A DNA stretch of 64,000 bases from Bacteroidota bacterium (GCA_040385725.1 JAZKGV010000194.1:21900-85899); one strand, 5' to 3'. Numbered from the stretch's first letter, positions 48,307 to 59,225 are shown. Notes: generated from the letters alone by a model not told the origin. Numbers and translations are program-made.

Positions 48307-50928
48307 ATGATGACGGGAGCTGAAATAAGACAGCAATTTTTAGAATTTTTCAAATCAAAGGGACATACGATTGTTCCCTCTGCGCCTATTGTTTTAAAAG
48401 ATGACCCTACACTGTTGTTCACCAACGCAGGTATGAACCAGTTTAAAGATTATTTCCTTGGCAACAAACCAGCGCCTTATAAAAGAGCAGCCGATACACA
48501 AAAATGTTTACGGGTAAGCGGCAAGCATAACGACCTGGAAGAAGTTGGCGTTGATACCTATCACCACACCATGTTTGAAATGCTGGGCAACTGGAGCTTT
48601 GGTGATTACTTTAAAGCAGAAGCCATTGCCTGGAGTTGGGAATTACTGACGGAAGTGTATAAGCTGGATAAAGAAAAACTGTACGTTACCATTTTTGAAG
48701 GTGACGAAAAAGAAGGCCTGCCAAAAGATGAGGAAGCATACAACGAATGGAAAAAATACATTGCGGTTGACAGGATCTTGTTGGGCAATAAAAAAGATAA
48801 TTTCTGGGAAATGGGTGACACAGGCCCTTGCGGACCATGCACCGAAATACATGTGGACTGCAGGACAGATGAAGAGAGAAGAAAGGTGAATGGAAAAACA
48901 TTAGTGAACAATGACCATCCACAGGTGATCGAGATATGGAATAATGTATTCATCCAGTTCAACCGCAAAAAAGATGGCAGCCTTGAACAGTTACCGGCAA
49001 AACATGTGGATACAGGAATGGGTTTTGAAAGGCTGGTGAGAGTGTTACAGGAAAAGCAAAGCAACTACGATACAGATATTTTTACAGGTGCCATTGCAGC
49101 AACAGAAAAAATTGTTGGTAAAAAATATAAAGCTGGTGATGATAAAGAGAGTGTTGCTTTCCGTGTAATTGCAGACCATATAAGAGCCATTGGTTTTTGT
49201 ATTGCTGATGGACAGTTGCCATCTAACACAGGCGCTGGTTATGTGATAAGAAGGATCTTGAGAAGAGCTGTTCGGTATTATTATTCTTACCTGGATTACA
49301 AACATCCTTTGCTGTTTCAATTGCTGCCTGTTATTGCAACGCAGTTTGATAATGTATTTCCTGAATTGAATGCACAAAGGGATTTTGTGGTGAAAGTGAT
49401 CAAGGAAGAGGAAGATGCTTTTTTAAGAACGTTAGATAAAGGTTTAAAGAGAATTGATGATGTGATTGCAGCTTCACAAGCATCAAAAATTATTGATGGC
49501 AGAAGTGCATTTGAGTTGAATGATACATTTGGTTTTCCTATCGACCTTACAAAATTGATTGCGTTAGAAAATAATTTAAGTGTGGATGAGGAAGGCTATG
49601 AAGCCGCAAGAAAAGAACAACAGGAAAGAGGCAGGGCTGCTACTTCATTAGAAACAGAAGATTGGGTAACACTCATTGATAACGTTTCTAACAAGTTTAT
49701 TGGTTATGATACTCTGGAAACAAAAAGCAATATTCTTAAATACAGGAAGGTTACAGCCAAAGGAAAAACTTCTTTTCAACTGGTATTAAACGAAACGCCT
49801 TTTTATGCAGAAAGCGGCGGACAGGTTGGTGATACAGGCACTTTACTATTTGGCGAGGAAACAATTGCTGTAACCAACACCAAAAAAGAAAATGACCTCA
49901 TCATTCATTTTACAGAAAAATTACCGGCAGTAATTGAAGGCGACGTAATTGCCAAAGTAGATGCAGCAAGAAGAAAATACATCACAGTTCATCACAGTGT
50001 AACACATTTAATGCACTCTGCTTTACGCAAAGTATTAGGCAATCATGTGGCGCAAAAAGGAAGCCTGGTAAATGAAGAACACCTGCGTTTCGACTTTAGC
50101 CATTTTGCCAAAGTAACAGATGAAGAAATAGCACTGGTGGAAACATTGGTGAATGAAAAGATAAGAGAGAATGTACCTGTAGTGATAAAACAAATGAGCA
50201 AGGATGAAGCAGTGGCAATGGGTGCGATGGCTTTGTTTGGGGAAAAATATGGCGATACCGTAAGAGTGGTGATAATGGACCCTAACTATTCCATTGAACT
50301 TTGTGGCGGCACACATGCTGGCAGCACTGGCGAACTCGGCATCTTTAAAATAAAAAGCGAAAGCGCTGTGGCAGCAGGTGTTCGCCGGGTGGAGGCTGCC
50401 TGTGGTAAATCGGCTGAAGATTTCATCAATGAAGAGTTTGATGCTATCAGATCGGTTAGGCATACACTCAAACATCCAAAAGATATTGGCAAAACAATTG
50501 AAAGCCTGCAGGCAGAAAATGCTTTATTAAAAAAACGTATTGAAAGCCTGGAAGCAAGACAACTGGTTGGTATAAGAAATGAGTTGTTGCAAAAAGATGA
50601 GATCATCAACAACGTAACTTTTGTAGGTGACATTGTGGAAGTAAGCAACGCCGATGCGTTAAAAAAACTGGCCGCTGATACAAGGTCGCATTTGCATGAT
50701 TCGGTGGTTACACTTTGTGCTAATATTGATGGCAAGGCTTATGTCGCTATCAGTATTGCTGATACAGTAGTGGCAGCAAAAAATTTAGACGCAACAAAAA
50801 TTATCAAAGAACATATTGCCGGTTTAATAAAAGGCGGCGGCGGCGGGCAGAAAAATTTAGCTTCGGCAGGAGGACAGGATATCAGCAATTTGCAGGGCGT
50901 GATTGAGAAAGTAAAGTCATTATTATAA
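48307..50928 (+). CDS. alaS: Alanine--tRNA ligase
   Basis: FTNAGMNQFK, HHTMFEMLGNWSFGDYFK, DTGMGFER, HxxxH and CGGTH editing motifs, GGGG. Start is 48307 or 48310. Confidence 0.98.
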   Translation: MMTGAEIRQQFLEFFKSKGHTIVPSAPIVLKDDPTLLFTNAGMNQFKDYFLGNKPAPYKRAADTQKCLRVSGKHNDLEEVGVDTYHHTMFEMLGNWSFGDYFKAEAIAWSWELLTEVYKLDKEKLYVTIFEGDEKEGLPKDEEAYNEWKKYIAVDRILLGNKKDNFWEMGDTGPCGPCTEIHVDCRTDEERRKVNGKTLVNNDHPQVIEIWNNVFIQFNRKKDGSLEQLPAKHVDTGMGFERLVRVLQEKQSNYDTDIFTGAIAATEKIVGKKYKAGDDKESVAFRVIADHIRAIGFCIADGQLPSNTGAGYVIRRILRRAVRYYYSYLDYKHPLLFQLLPVIATQFDNVFPELNAQRDFVVKVIKEEEDAFLRTLDKGLKRIDDVIAASQASKIIDGRSAFELNDTFGFPIDLTKLIALENNLSVDEEGYEAARKEQQERGRAATSLETEDWVTLIDNVSNKFIGYDTLETKSNILKYRKVTAKGKTSFQLVLNETPFYAESGGQVGDTGTLLFGEETIAVTNTKKENDLIIHFTEKLPAVIEGDVIAKVDAARRKYITVHHSVTHLMHSALRKVLGNHVAQKGSLVNEEHLRFDFSHFAKVTDEEIALVETLVNEKIRENVPVVIKQMSKDEAVAMGAMALFGEKYGDTVRVVIMDPNYSIELCGGTHAGSTGELGIFKIKSESAVAAGVRRVEAACGKSAEDFINEEFDAIRSVRHTLKHPKDIGKTIESLQAENALLKKRIESLEARQLVGIRNELLQKDEIINNVTFVGDIVEVSNADALKKLAADTRSHLHDSVVTLCANIDGKAYVAISIADTVVAAKNLDATKIIKEHIAGLIKGGGGGQKNLASAGGQDISNLQGVIEKVKSLL

Positions 50929-50949
50929 CAGCAACTTCTTTTTACAATC

Positions 50950-50978
50950 AAAGGGAAGTGTAATTACTTCCCTTTTTT
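50950..50978 (+). terminator. Intrinsic terminator after alaS
   Basis: AAAGGGAAGT-GTAATT-ACTTCCCTTT followed by Ts. Confidence 0.7.
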
Positions 50979-50989
50979 AATTTTACACA

Positions 50990-51496
50990 ATGAAGATCAT
51001 TTTGGAAACAGAAAGGCTTTTTCTCCGCCAGTTCACTGAAGCAGATGCCGTATTAGTAAGGCAATTAAGTGCAGCTCCGGGTGTGTTGCAATATATACCA
51101 GAACCGGTTCCTGCATCCGATGAAGAAGCAAAAGATGTTATCATCAACATCATTTTACCACAATACAAAAATGGCCTGGGCCGCTGGGCAACGCATGTAA
51201 AAGATACCAATGAATTTATTGGCTGGTGTGGTCTAAAGCTGGTGAAGGAAGATATTGACCTTGGCTATCGTTTCCTGCCATCTGCATGGGGTAAAGGTTA
51301 TGCAACGGAAGCTGCAAAAGCAACATTGCAATACGGCCATCAAAATTTAAAACTGGAAAAGGTCATCGCCCATGCACATATTGATAATATCGCTTCGCAA
51401 AAAGTGTTGGAAAAAATAGGGATGCAATTTGTTGGTGAAGGTATAGATGATGGCGGGCCGGTAAAAGGTTATGTTTCATTCAGCAACAACCTTTAA
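50990..51496 (+). CDS. GNAT acetyltransferase, RimJ/RimL-like
   Basis: ETERLFLR, WGKGYATEAA, NIASQKVLEKIGM. Confidence 0.92.
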   Translation: MKIILETERLFLRQFTEADAVLVRQLSAAPGVLQYIPEPVPASDEEAKDVIINIILPQYKNGLGRWATHVKDTNEFIGWCGLKLVKEDIDLGYRFLPSAWGKGYATEAAKATLQYGHQNLKLEKVIAHAHIDNIASQKVLEKIGMQFVGEGIDDGGPVKGYVSFSNNL

Positions 51497-51507
51497 TTTT
51501 ATGGCTT

Positions 51508-52392
51508 ATGATAAATTACAATCCTAAAGAGTGGTTCACTTTTATTTTTCGTTTTCATAAGGCAGATACGTTTAGAAAACTGATGCCGCTGATCATCGGC
51601 GTGGCTATCTATGCTGCCATTATTGGCTACCTGGAAATAGAAGTATTTCACATATCAGATAAAAGCTACCTTAAAAATATTCCTGTGATGCACAGCTTGC
51701 TGGGCTTTGCTATTTCAATGCTGCTGGTATTCCGTACCAATACCGCTTACGACCGTTGGTGGGAAGGAAGAAAACTCTGGGGCAGCCTTGTAAACAACAG
51801 CCGCAATCTTGCCATCAAGTTATCTGTCATGCTGCCTGAAAGTGAAAAGGAACAAAGAACATTTTTCAGGAAAACCATACCAGCGTATGCGTATGCTTTA
51901 GTGAACCACCTGCGGTCAGAAAAAACAAGGATAGAATTGTTTGACGGTGATGTAAAGCATCCTGCATTTAAGCAGATCGATACACAAAAACATATTCCCA
52001 ACCAGGTGGCATTGCTGATGTTCAAACATATCCAGCAATTGTACACCGAAGGAAAGATCAATGGCGACCAGTTAATTGTTTTAAATGCAGAGATGCAATC
52101 TTTTACTGAAATATGTGGTGCCTGCGAAAGAATAAAAAATACGCCGATACCTTTTTCTTATAGTGTGTTCATTAAAAAATTCATCTTTTTTTATATAATG
52201 ACGTTACCTTTTGGATATGCTTTTACATTAGGTTATTATATGGCGCCGGTTGTTGCCTTTATATTTTATGTATTGGCCAGTCTTGAATTAATTGCTGAAG
52301 AAATTGAAGATCCTTTTGGCGGAGATAGTAATGATGTGCCTACGGAGAAGATTGCGATGAATATTCATAAGCATGTGGCAGAAATTTTATAG
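51508..52392 (+). CDS. Bestrophin family channel (YneE-like)
   Basis: VFRTNTAYDRWWEGRKLWG, ERIKNTPIP, EEIEDPFG. Confidence 0.93.
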   Translation: MINYNPKEWFTFIFRFHKADTFRKLMPLIIGVAIYAAIIGYLEIEVFHISDKSYLKNIPVMHSLLGFAISMLLVFRTNTAYDRWWEGRKLWGSLVNNSRNLAIKLSVMLPESEKEQRTFFRKTIPAYAYALVNHLRSEKTRIELFDGDVKHPAFKQIDTQKHIPNQVALLMFKHIQQLYTEGKINGDQLIVLNAEMQSFTEICGACERIKNTPIPFSYSVFIKKFIFFYIMTLPFGYAFTLGYYMAPVVAFIFYVLASLELIAEEIEDPFGGDSNDVPTEKIAMNIHKHVAEIL

Positions 52393-52409
52393 TTGCCATG
52401 TATTTTTTT

Positions 52410-52482
52410 GCCATCCCGATAGCTATCGGGACACAGATGAACACAGATTTTTTTGCCACGAATAGCACGAATGGACACGAAT
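52410..52482. repeat. Composite repeat: 18-bp perfect palindrome plus CACAGAT x2 and CACGAAT x3
   Basis: TCCCGATAGCTATCGGGA (52414-52431) embedded in GCCA...CACAGATGAACACAGAT, then GCCACGAAT/GCACGAAT/ACACGAAT. Confidence 0.8.
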
Positions 52483-52501
52483 TTATTTTACTTATTCTCC
52501 C

Positions 52502-53215
52502 TTAGCCTTTAACTAAAGTGCCAACCTTTTCACCGGTAACAACTTTCATTAAATTACCCGGTGTATTCATGTCAAACACAATGATAGGAAGTTCGTTTTC
52601 CATACACAGCGTAAAAGCAGTCATGTCCATTACCTTCAGGTTTTTGCTGATGCATTCGTTGAAAGTGATCTGGGCGTATTTTTTTGCGGTTGGATCTTTT
52701 TCAGGGTCGGCAGTATAAATGCCATCCACCCTTGTGCCTTTTAAAATTACTTCGGCCTTTATTTCAATGGCCCTTAGTGAGCCTGCAGTATCTGTTGTAA
52801 AATAAGGATTGCCGGTACCAGCGCCAAATATTACCACACGGCCTTTTTCCAAATGCCTCATGGCACGGCGGCGGATATATGGCTCAGCTATCTGTTCCAT
52901 TTTAATAGCGCTTTGCAACCTTGTATAAACACCTGCTTTTTCAAGCCCGGCCTGCAATGCCATGCCATTAATTACTGTGGCCAACATACCCATATAATCA
53001 CCATGTGCCCTTTCAATACCGGTTTCACTTTCGTTCATGCCACGGTAAATATTGCCACCGCCAATCACTATCGCCACCTGCACACCTAATTCTGTAATGC
53101 TTTTAATATCCTGTGCATATCTTGAAAGTACTTCGCTGTCGAGCCCGAAATTCTTGTCCCCCATCAGCGATTCACCTGAAAGTTTCAATAATACCCTTTT
53201 AAACTTTGGTAACAT
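52502..53215 (-). CDS. pyrH: UMP kinase
   Basis: [31 protein letters not shown]; start at MLPKFKR. Confidence 0.97.
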   Translation of the reverse strand: MLPKFKRVLLKLSGESLMGDKNFGLDSEVLSRYAQDIKSITELGVQVAIVIGGGNIYRGMNESETGIERAHGDYMGMLATVINGMALQAGLEKAGVYTRLQSAIKMEQIAEPYIRRRAMRHLEKGRVVIFGAGTGNPYFTTDTAGSLRAIEIKAEVILKGTRVDGIYTADPEKDPTAKKYAQITFNECISKNLKVMDMTAFTLCMENELPIIVFDMNTPGNLMKVVTGEKVGTLVKG

Positions 53216-53410
53216 TGGTAAAAATTTTTGCGAAGATATAGGTTTAAACTGTTCGGAAAAATATGATTTGCAACACTTGCAGCCCAATGTATAAAGCAGT
53301 ATTTGTATGATTTTGACAGGCGGCGGCAAACAACACCTCCGGTATTACAAACACTCGGTTTTTCTGTTTACTTTTATGCCATCAATTCATTCCTTTTTAA
53401 TCATCTTGTC

Positions 53411-53860
53411 ATGTCACCATTTAATTTAAAACTGCCCGTTGCCATTGGTTGCGACCATGCAGGCTTCGATTGCAAGGAAGACCTTATTTCTTTTTTAGAA
53501 GGAGAAGGTGTTGCATTTAAAGACTTCGGTACTTATAATAAAGACTCTGTTGATTATCCTGATTTTGCCCACCCGGTTGCCTCGGCTGTTGAAAAAGGCG
53601 AAGCAGCTTTTGGCATATTGCTTTGCGGCAGTGCCAATGGTGTAGCGATTACTGCCAATAAACACCAGGGAATAAGGGCTGCCATTTGCTGGGGAGAAGA
53701 GCTGGCAGAACTTGCAAGGAAACATAACGATGCCAATATAATTTGCATACCAGCCCGTTTTGTAAGGGATGGCGATGCAGAAAAAATGCTGGATGTGTTT
53801 ATGAACACTGCATTTGAAGGCGGCCGCCACAGCAACAGGGTTGGCAAAATTGCCTGTTAA
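53411..53860 (+). CDS. rpiB: Ribose-5-phosphate isomerase B
   Basis: GCDHAG, DYPD, CGSANG, HNDAN, FEGGRH. Confidence 0.95.
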   Translation: MSPFNLKLPVAIGCDHAGFDCKEDLISFLEGEGVAFKDFGTYNKDSVDYPDFAHPVASAVEKGEAAFGILLCGSANGVAITANKHQGIRAAICWGEELAELARKHNDANIICIPARFVRDGDAEKMLDVFMNTAFEGGRHSNRVGKIAC

Positions 53861-53909
53861 AATCATTCAATTTTTAACTTTTATCTAAATATAAGAGCAG
53901 GATATTTGT

Positions 53910-54209
53910 ATGATGTTGAGAATAGATCTTTCAAACCCTGGAATAAAAAAAGCAGCTATGGCTGTATTGTTTTATCCCGTGTTTTTTCTCAGCTGTTTTT
54001 TATTGGAAAAAGCAAGTCCTTCGGGGCCATGCACCCCGGGCTTAGGAATGATATTTCTTTTTTTATTGCCATTTATAAGCGCCATTTTTTTAATTGTAAA
54101 CGCAGTTAAACTGTATAATGGAAAAAAAGAAAACAAGAAATCTGCCTTGGTTCATCTTATGGCATTAATAACTTACCTGTTGTTTTTTTACATAAATACC
54201 AATTCGTAA
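53910..54209 (+). CDS. Small hypothetical membrane protein
   Basis: Three hydrophobic segments; no recognised family. Confidence 0.55.
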   Translation: MMLRIDLSNPGIKKAAMAVLFYPVFFLSCFLLEKASPSGPCTPGLGMIFLFLLPFISAIFLIVNAVKLYNGKKENKKSALVHLMALITYLLFFYINTNS

Positions 54210-54240
54210 ACCACAATAATCTTGTATTTAATCTTATTTC

Positions 54241-55827
54241 ATGAAGAAAACTGTTTTATCCTTTAGCTTATCGCTTTTATTCTGTACCGCTTTTTCACAA
54301 AAAGATGTTTCTGAAAAATATGCTGGCCACATTACTGGTGATAACCTTAAAAAACATTTATCCGTTATTGCAAGTGAAGAAATGGAAGGGCGTGAAACCG
54401 GTACTGAAGGACAACGGAGAGCAGCTGCTTATATTGAAGCAACATTCAAAAACACCGGGCTTAAACAACCAGCCGGTTTGCAAGGCTACCAGCAATTATA
54501 TCCTTTGTATGAAGATTCTACTGATGTAACATTAAGCAGTTTAAAAATTGCCAACACAGACCTGGCCTATGGTGAACATTACTTTGTAAATGTAATGGCC
54601 AACAGTTCTAAAAATATTTCGGCAGCGCAATTGGTGTTTGCAGGTTATGGCATCAGCGAAGCAAACTACGATGACTATACAAACATTGATGTAAAAGGAA
54701 AAGTGGCAGTTATATTTTTAGGCGAACCAAGACAAAATGGTAAGTTCCTGGTAACCGGCACTTCCAGTTATTCAAAATACACTTACCCGGGTGTAGCTGA
54801 AAAGATGCGTATTGCTGCAGAAAAAGGAGCAGTTGCCGCTATTATCATCAACCCAACAGCAGCAACGATCAGCAATGCAATTGTTACCGCTAATAAAAAA
54901 TCAAAACAGTACCTGCCACCATCCGGCCACGAAAATGCGGCCAATTATCTAGTAGCATCACATAGTGTTTTTAAAACATTCTTTCCCAGCTGGAATCCTG
55001 ACAGTTTACTACAGGCAGCAAAATCCTTTGTACCGTTTAATGCAATGGCATTACCCACATTAAATGAACCTTTCAATTTCAATTATAAAAAAGAAAGACA
55101 GGTAGTAAATGCAAGTAATGTGCTTGGCATTATTGAAGGAACCGACAAAAAAGATGAATACGTTTTTTTGACAGCGCATTATGATCATCTTGGGAAAAAA
55201 GGTAGTAAAATTTATTATGGTGCAGATGATGATGGCAGTGGCACCTGTGCAGTGATCACAATGGCGGAAGCATTTGCAAAAGCAAAGGCGGAAGGCCACG
55301 GGCCAAGAAGAACGATCGTTTTTATGACAGTAAGCGGCGAAGAAAAAGGTTTATGGGGAAGTGAATATTATACTGACAATCCTGTGTTTCCATTGAATAA
55401 AACCAGTGTGGACCTGAATATTGATATGGTGGGGCGTGTGGATAGTGAAAGAGAAAAAGAAGACACCCTGAATTATATGTACGTTGTAGGTCACGATAAA
55501 ATAAGCAGTGAATTACCCGTGATAAATGAAGAGGCAAACAGGAAATACACAAACCTCGTACTGGATTATAAATTTGATGACCCTAAGGATTCAGAACGTA
55601 TTTATTACCGCAGCGACCATTACAACTTTGCCAAAAAAGGAGTACCTGTTTTGTTTTTTTATGATGGCATGTTAAAAGCAGATTATCATAAAACAACTGA
55701 CACCATCGAAAAGATCAACTGGGACCTATACCAGAAAAGGGTGCGGTTGATCTTTCATACTGCCTGGGAAATGGCAAACAAAGATGCTATGTTGAAAAGG
55801 GACAAACCTTTACCTGCTGAAGATTAA
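54241..55827 (+). CDS. M28 family peptidase with PA domain
   Basis: AHYDHLG, GADDDGSG, GEEKGLWGS, NIDMVGR, RSDH, YHKTTD. Confidence 0.93.
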   Translation: MKKTVLSFSLSLLFCTAFSQKDVSEKYAGHITGDNLKKHLSVIASEEMEGRETGTEGQRRAAAYIEATFKNTGLKQPAGLQGYQQLYPLYEDSTDVTLSSLKIANTDLAYGEHYFVNVMANSSKNISAAQLVFAGYGISEANYDDYTNIDVKGKVAVIFLGEPRQNGKFLVTGTSSYSKYTYPGVAEKMRIAAEKGAVAAIIINPTAATISNAIVTANKKSKQYLPPSGHENAANYLVASHSVFKTFFPSWNPDSLLQAAKSFVPFNAMALPTLNEPFNFNYKKERQVVNASNVLGIIEGTDKKDEYVFLTAHYDHLGKKGSKIYYGADDDGSGTCAVITMAEAFAKAKAEGHGPRRTIVFMTVSGEEKGLWGSEYYTDNPVFPLNKTSVDLNIDMVGRVDSEREKEDTLNYMYVVGHDKISSELPVINEEANRKYTNLVLDYKFDDPKDSERIYYRSDHYNFAKKGVPVLFFYDGMLKADYHKTTDTIEKINWDLYQKRVRLIFHTAWEMANKDAMLKRDKPLPAED

Positions 55828-55838
55828 ATTTTTTATAC

Positions 55839-56438
55839 ATGATCTACGAGTTTGATAGCTACAGGCCTGTGATACATGAAACTGCATTCATACATCCGCA
55901 GGCATATGTTACCGGCAATGTTGTTATTGGCGCAAAAGTATATGTTGGCCCGGGCGCTGCTATCCGTGGCGATTGGGGAAGAATTATTATTGAAGACGGT
56001 TGCAATGTACAGGAGAACTGCACCCTCCACATGTTCCCCGGCGTTACTGTTCTGTTGAAACAAGGTGCACATATTGGCCACGGTGCTATTATACATGGCG
56101 CCACTATCGGCAAAAACTGTTTGATAGGAATGAATGCTGTGATAATGGATAATGTTGTGCTGGGTGATGAATGTATTGTGGGTGCATTATCATTTATTAA
56201 AGCAGATGAAGTTTTTGAAAACAGAAGTTTGATCGTTGGTAATCCTGCAAAGAAAATAAAAGACGTGAGTGATGAAATGATTGGATGGAAAACAGAAGGA
56301 ACCAAGCTGTATCAACAATTACCTGCAGATATGTTTGCTTCTTTTAAAGAATGTGAACCGTTGAGGCATCTTACGCTTCAAAAGCCCCAGGAGCCAGGTA
56401 AAAATTATTTTACGTGGAATGAGAATAAGAACAGCTAA
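55839..56438 (+). CDS. Hexapeptide-repeat gamma-carbonic-anhydrase family protein (PaaY-like)
   Basis: [22 protein letters not shown]. Confidence 0.88.
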   Translation: MIYEFDSYRPVIHETAFIHPQAYVTGNVVIGAKVYVGPGAAIRGDWGRIIIEDGCNVQENCTLHMFPGVTVLLKQGAHIGHGAIIHGATIGKNCLIGMNAVIMDNVVLGDECIVGALSFIKADEVFENRSLIVGNPAKKIKDVSDEMIGWKTEGTKLYQQLPADMFASFKECEPLRHLTLQKPQEPGKNYFTWNENKNS

Positions 56439-56469
56439 TTGATGTTCCCAACCTCACTTTTCAATCCAT

Positions 56470-56477
56470 TATCTTTG
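56470..56477 (+). promoter_or_regulatory. -7 box for obgE
   Basis: TATCTTTG ending 9 nt before the ATG. Confidence 0.6.
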
Positions 56478-56485
56478 CCCCACTC

Positions 56486-57493
56486 ATGGAGAATAAGAAT
56501 TTTATAGACTACATCCGCATTTTTTGCCGCAGCGGGCATGGCGGTGCAGGAAGTAAGCATTTTGCCCGTACAAAATACAATGACATGGCTGGCCCTGATG
56601 GCGGTGATGGTGGCCGGGGTGCACATATTATTTTAAGAGGCAGTACACAATTGTGGACACTGCTGCATTTGCGTTATTATAAAAACGTACATGCGGAGAA
56701 TGGCGAAGTCGGTTTAAAAAATAATCAGACAGGCAGAAGTGGTAAGGATATAATAATTGAAGTACCGTTAGGAACTATTGCAAGAGATGAAGAAACAGGA
56801 GCCAAAGAAGTAGAAATATTAGAAGACGGGCAGGAAGTGATATGGGTGAAAGGTGGCCGTGGAGGTTTGGGTAATACCAATTTTAAAACTGCCACTAACC
56901 AGGCGCCTGATTATGCACAACCCGGTGAACCCGGCGTGGAAGGCTGGAAACTGCTGGAATTAAAAGTGCTGGCTGATGTAGGGTTGGTTGGTTTTCCCAA
57001 TGCAGGCAAATCAACATTGTTATCTGTTATTACCGCAGCCAAACCAAAAATTGCTGACTATGCTTTCACTACATTAATACCACAATTGGGTATGGTGGAT
57101 TACCGGGATGGAAAAAGTTTTTGCATTGCCGATCTGCCTGGTATTATTGAAGGTGCTTCTGAAGGCAAGGGATTGGGCCATCGCTTCCTCAGGCATATTG
57201 AACGCAATTCTGTTTTACTGTTTTTAATTCCGGCTGATTGTGATAACCATAAAAAAGAATTTGAAATACTGGTGAATGAACTCGAGCAGTACAATCCCGA
57301 AATGCTGCAGAAAGATTTTATCATTGCTGTAAGCAAAAGCGATATGCTGGATGATGAGCTGAAAGCAGCTATTGCAAAAGAACTGCCTGCCAATATTCCG
57401 CATGTGTTTATCTCTTCTGTTACAGGATACCATTTGCAGGAGTTGAAAGATGTGCTTTGGGCAACGCTGAATGCGCCGGCGAAAGATGTTTAG
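56486..57493 (+). CDS. obgE: GTPase ObgE/CgtA
   Basis: [33 protein letters not shown]. Confidence 0.97.
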   Translation: MENKNFIDYIRIFCRSGHGGAGSKHFARTKYNDMAGPDGGDGGRGAHIILRGSTQLWTLLHLRYYKNVHAENGEVGLKNNQTGRSGKDIIIEVPLGTIARDEETGAKEVEILEDGQEVIWVKGGRGGLGNTNFKTATNQAPDYAQPGEPGVEGWKLLELKVLADVGLVGFPNAGKSTLLSVITAAKPKIADYAFTTLIPQLGMVDYRDGKSFCIADLPGIIEGASEGKGLGHRFLRHIERNSVLLFLIPADCDNHKKEFEILVNELEQYNPEMLQKDFIIAVSKSDMLDDELKAAIAKELPANIPHVFISSVTGYHLQELKDVLWATLNAPAKDV

Positions 57494-57502
57494 TTTCTAT
57501 TT

Positions 57503-57597
57503 ACCACAAAGGCCACAAAGAAATACTGCACCAGGTTCACCAAGGTTATTTATTAATACACTGTGCCCTTAGTGCTTTGCTTCGTATTCTTTGTGGT
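57503..57597. repeat. REP-like hairpin (CACAAAG/CTTTGTG type)
   Basis: ACCACAAAGGCCACAAAG ... CTTTGTGGT terminal inverted repeat. Confidence 0.65.
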
Positions 57598-57618
57598 TAC
57601 TCTTCTAAATAATTCTAT

Positions 57619-58545
57619 TTGCAGCAAATCTTCAAATACATAAGATCCTTTTACGAAAAAGAATTTAACCTCTTTTACCTGCTCATCATAATTGCCATAT
57701 TAGCAGCAATTATCTATCTTAATTACTGGCACGGTTTAGAAAAGAAGTATGCTGCATCAGGGAAAACATGGCTGGCAAATTTTACAGGTTATTATTTCCT
57801 TTACTTAATTCCTTTTGCTGTAGCTTTTTTCCTGCAGTTGCTTTTTTTCAAAGATTGTAGTTATTATAAAAGCGGTTGGTTTTGGTGCATATTGCTTTTA
57901 GCCCCGGCATTTTTTTCTTTTCGTGTCAACTTTACTTTTCACCAGCCACTTATTAATGATCATTGGCAGGCCCCGGAAAATTTATTTTATTTACGCAGCA
58001 TCAATTGGGTGGTAAGGGTATTTGTAGTGCTGATACCAGTGTTTATTATCTGGTGGCTAAAAGATAAAGCCAATCAACCATTTTACGGGACAAAAAAGCT
58101 GGAGAGTATTCACCCGTATCTTATTATGCTTTTAATAATGATACCCTTGTTGCTTTTAGCTGCTGCACAAAAAGATTTCCAGTCAGTTTACCCAAAAGCA
58201 AAATTTTTGCAAACCATTCCTGCAAAAAGATGGCAATACTTTGTATATGAACTTTGCTACGGCTTTGACTTTATCAGCATCGAATTTTTCTTTAGAGGAT
58301 TTTTAATATTAGCATTGGCAAAAATCTGCGGCACACATTGTATCATACCCGTTGCCTGTTTTTATTGCTCTATTCATTTGGGCAAACCAATGGGTGAAGC
58401 TATCAGCAGTTTTTGGGGTGGTTTATTGCTGGGGATAGTTTCATACAATACCGGCAGCATTTGGGGCGGCCTTATTGTCCATTTGGGTATAGCATGGCTG
58501 ATGGAGTTGTTTGGGTGGCTGGCAATGTTAAAGCTACCCCTGTGA
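57619..58545 (+). CDS. CPBP (CAAX/Abi) family intramembrane glutamic endopeptidase
   Basis: IEFFFRG, YCSIHLG, LIVHLG; multiple TM segments. Confidence 0.88.
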   Translation: MQQIFKYIRSFYEKEFNLFYLLIIIAILAAIIYLNYWHGLEKKYAASGKTWLANFTGYYFLYLIPFAVAFFLQLLFFKDCSYYKSGWFWCILLLAPAFFSFRVNFTFHQPLINDHWQAPENLFYLRSINWVVRVFVVLIPVFIIWWLKDKANQPFYGTKKLESIHPYLIMLLIMIPLLLLAAAQKDFQSVYPKAKFLQTIPAKRWQYFVYELCYGFDFISIEFFFRGFLILALAKICGTHCIIPVACFYCSIHLGKPMGEAISSFWGGLLLGIVSYNTGSIWGGLIVHLGIAWLMELFGWLAMLKLPL

Positions 58546-58602
58546 AACAACATTTATATAATAAATTCGTTGCATCATAAAAGCTTTTATCTTTAATCTC
58601 AA

Positions 58603-59145
58603 ATGAAAAACCTTTTATACACAGCACTCTCCTTTTTGCTCTGTATTGTATTATGGGGTTGTCCTTACGAATCTTTCTATGCAATAGATACACAGCCGCA
58701 ACAATACGTTGATGAAAGCCTTGTTGGCAAGTGGGCTGCTTTTGTGTCAAGGCCGTCTTACGAAAACGAATACATCGAATCCCCGGTAAAAATAATTTTT
58801 GAAAAGAAAAACGATATGGAATATGATGTGGCCATTACCGGCTACATTGATGATCTGAAAAAATACAAGGTGATTGAAAATGATACTATTAAAGGAACAG
58901 CCTTTATTTCTGTAGTTGACGGAAGGCAGTTTCTCAACACCCATATCCACGGGAAATATTACATCACCGAGATCAGGAGGGAGAAGGATGCTATCAGCCT
59001 GCTCACCCTTGCCGAAAAATTCACCAGCAAATTTGTAAAGAACAGCGAAGGATTGCGGAACGCCATCAGTGTGCATTTTAAAACAAAAGCAGAACCTGCT
59101 TATGATGATTGGTTTGTTGCAAGGAATCTTCAAAGGGTGAATTGA
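58603..59145 (+). CDS. Hypothetical lipoprotein
   Basis: Lipobox LWGC after a hydrophobic core. Confidence 0.7.
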   Translation: MKNLLYTALSFLLCIVLWGCPYESFYAIDTQPQQYVDESLVGKWAAFVSRPSYENEYIESPVKIIFEKKNDMEYDVAITGYIDDLKKYKVIENDTIKGTAFISVVDGRQFLNTHIHGKYYITEIRREKDAISLLTLAEKFTSKFVKNSEGLRNAISVHFKTKAEPAYDDWFVARNLQRVN

Positions 59146-59153
59146 TTTTTCAT

Positions 59154-59209
59154 TATTGATTACTAATTATTAATTATTGCCGTTTGCTTATTGCAAATTG
59201 CCTATTGAA
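59154..59209. repeat. Degenerate tandem heptamer array (8 units)
   Basis: TATTGAT TACTAAT TATTAAT TATTGCC GTTTGCT TATTGCA AATTGCC TATTGAA. Confidence 0.7.
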
Positions 59210-59217
59210 TATTTCCT

Positions 59218-59225
59218 TAAGTTTG
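59218..59225 (+). promoter_or_regulatory. -7 box for the ureohydrolase gene
   Basis: TAAGTTTG ending 17 nt before the ATG. Confidence 0.55.

Noticed and set aside
52502-53860. Long overlapping N-terminal extensions of pyrH (from 53329) and rpiB (from 53303), and similar extensions at 11734, 14538, 19694, 25507, 27303, 30012, 32491 and 60371
   Set aside because: Conserved domains or signal peptides begin at downstream ATGs; the extensions overlap promoters, repeats or neighbouring genes.
33974-57433. Many 60-250 aa antisense or alternate-frame ORFs inside carB, purH, mscS, alaS, obgE and others
   Set aside because: Fully contained in well-supported genes, with no motifs; typical shadow ORFs.
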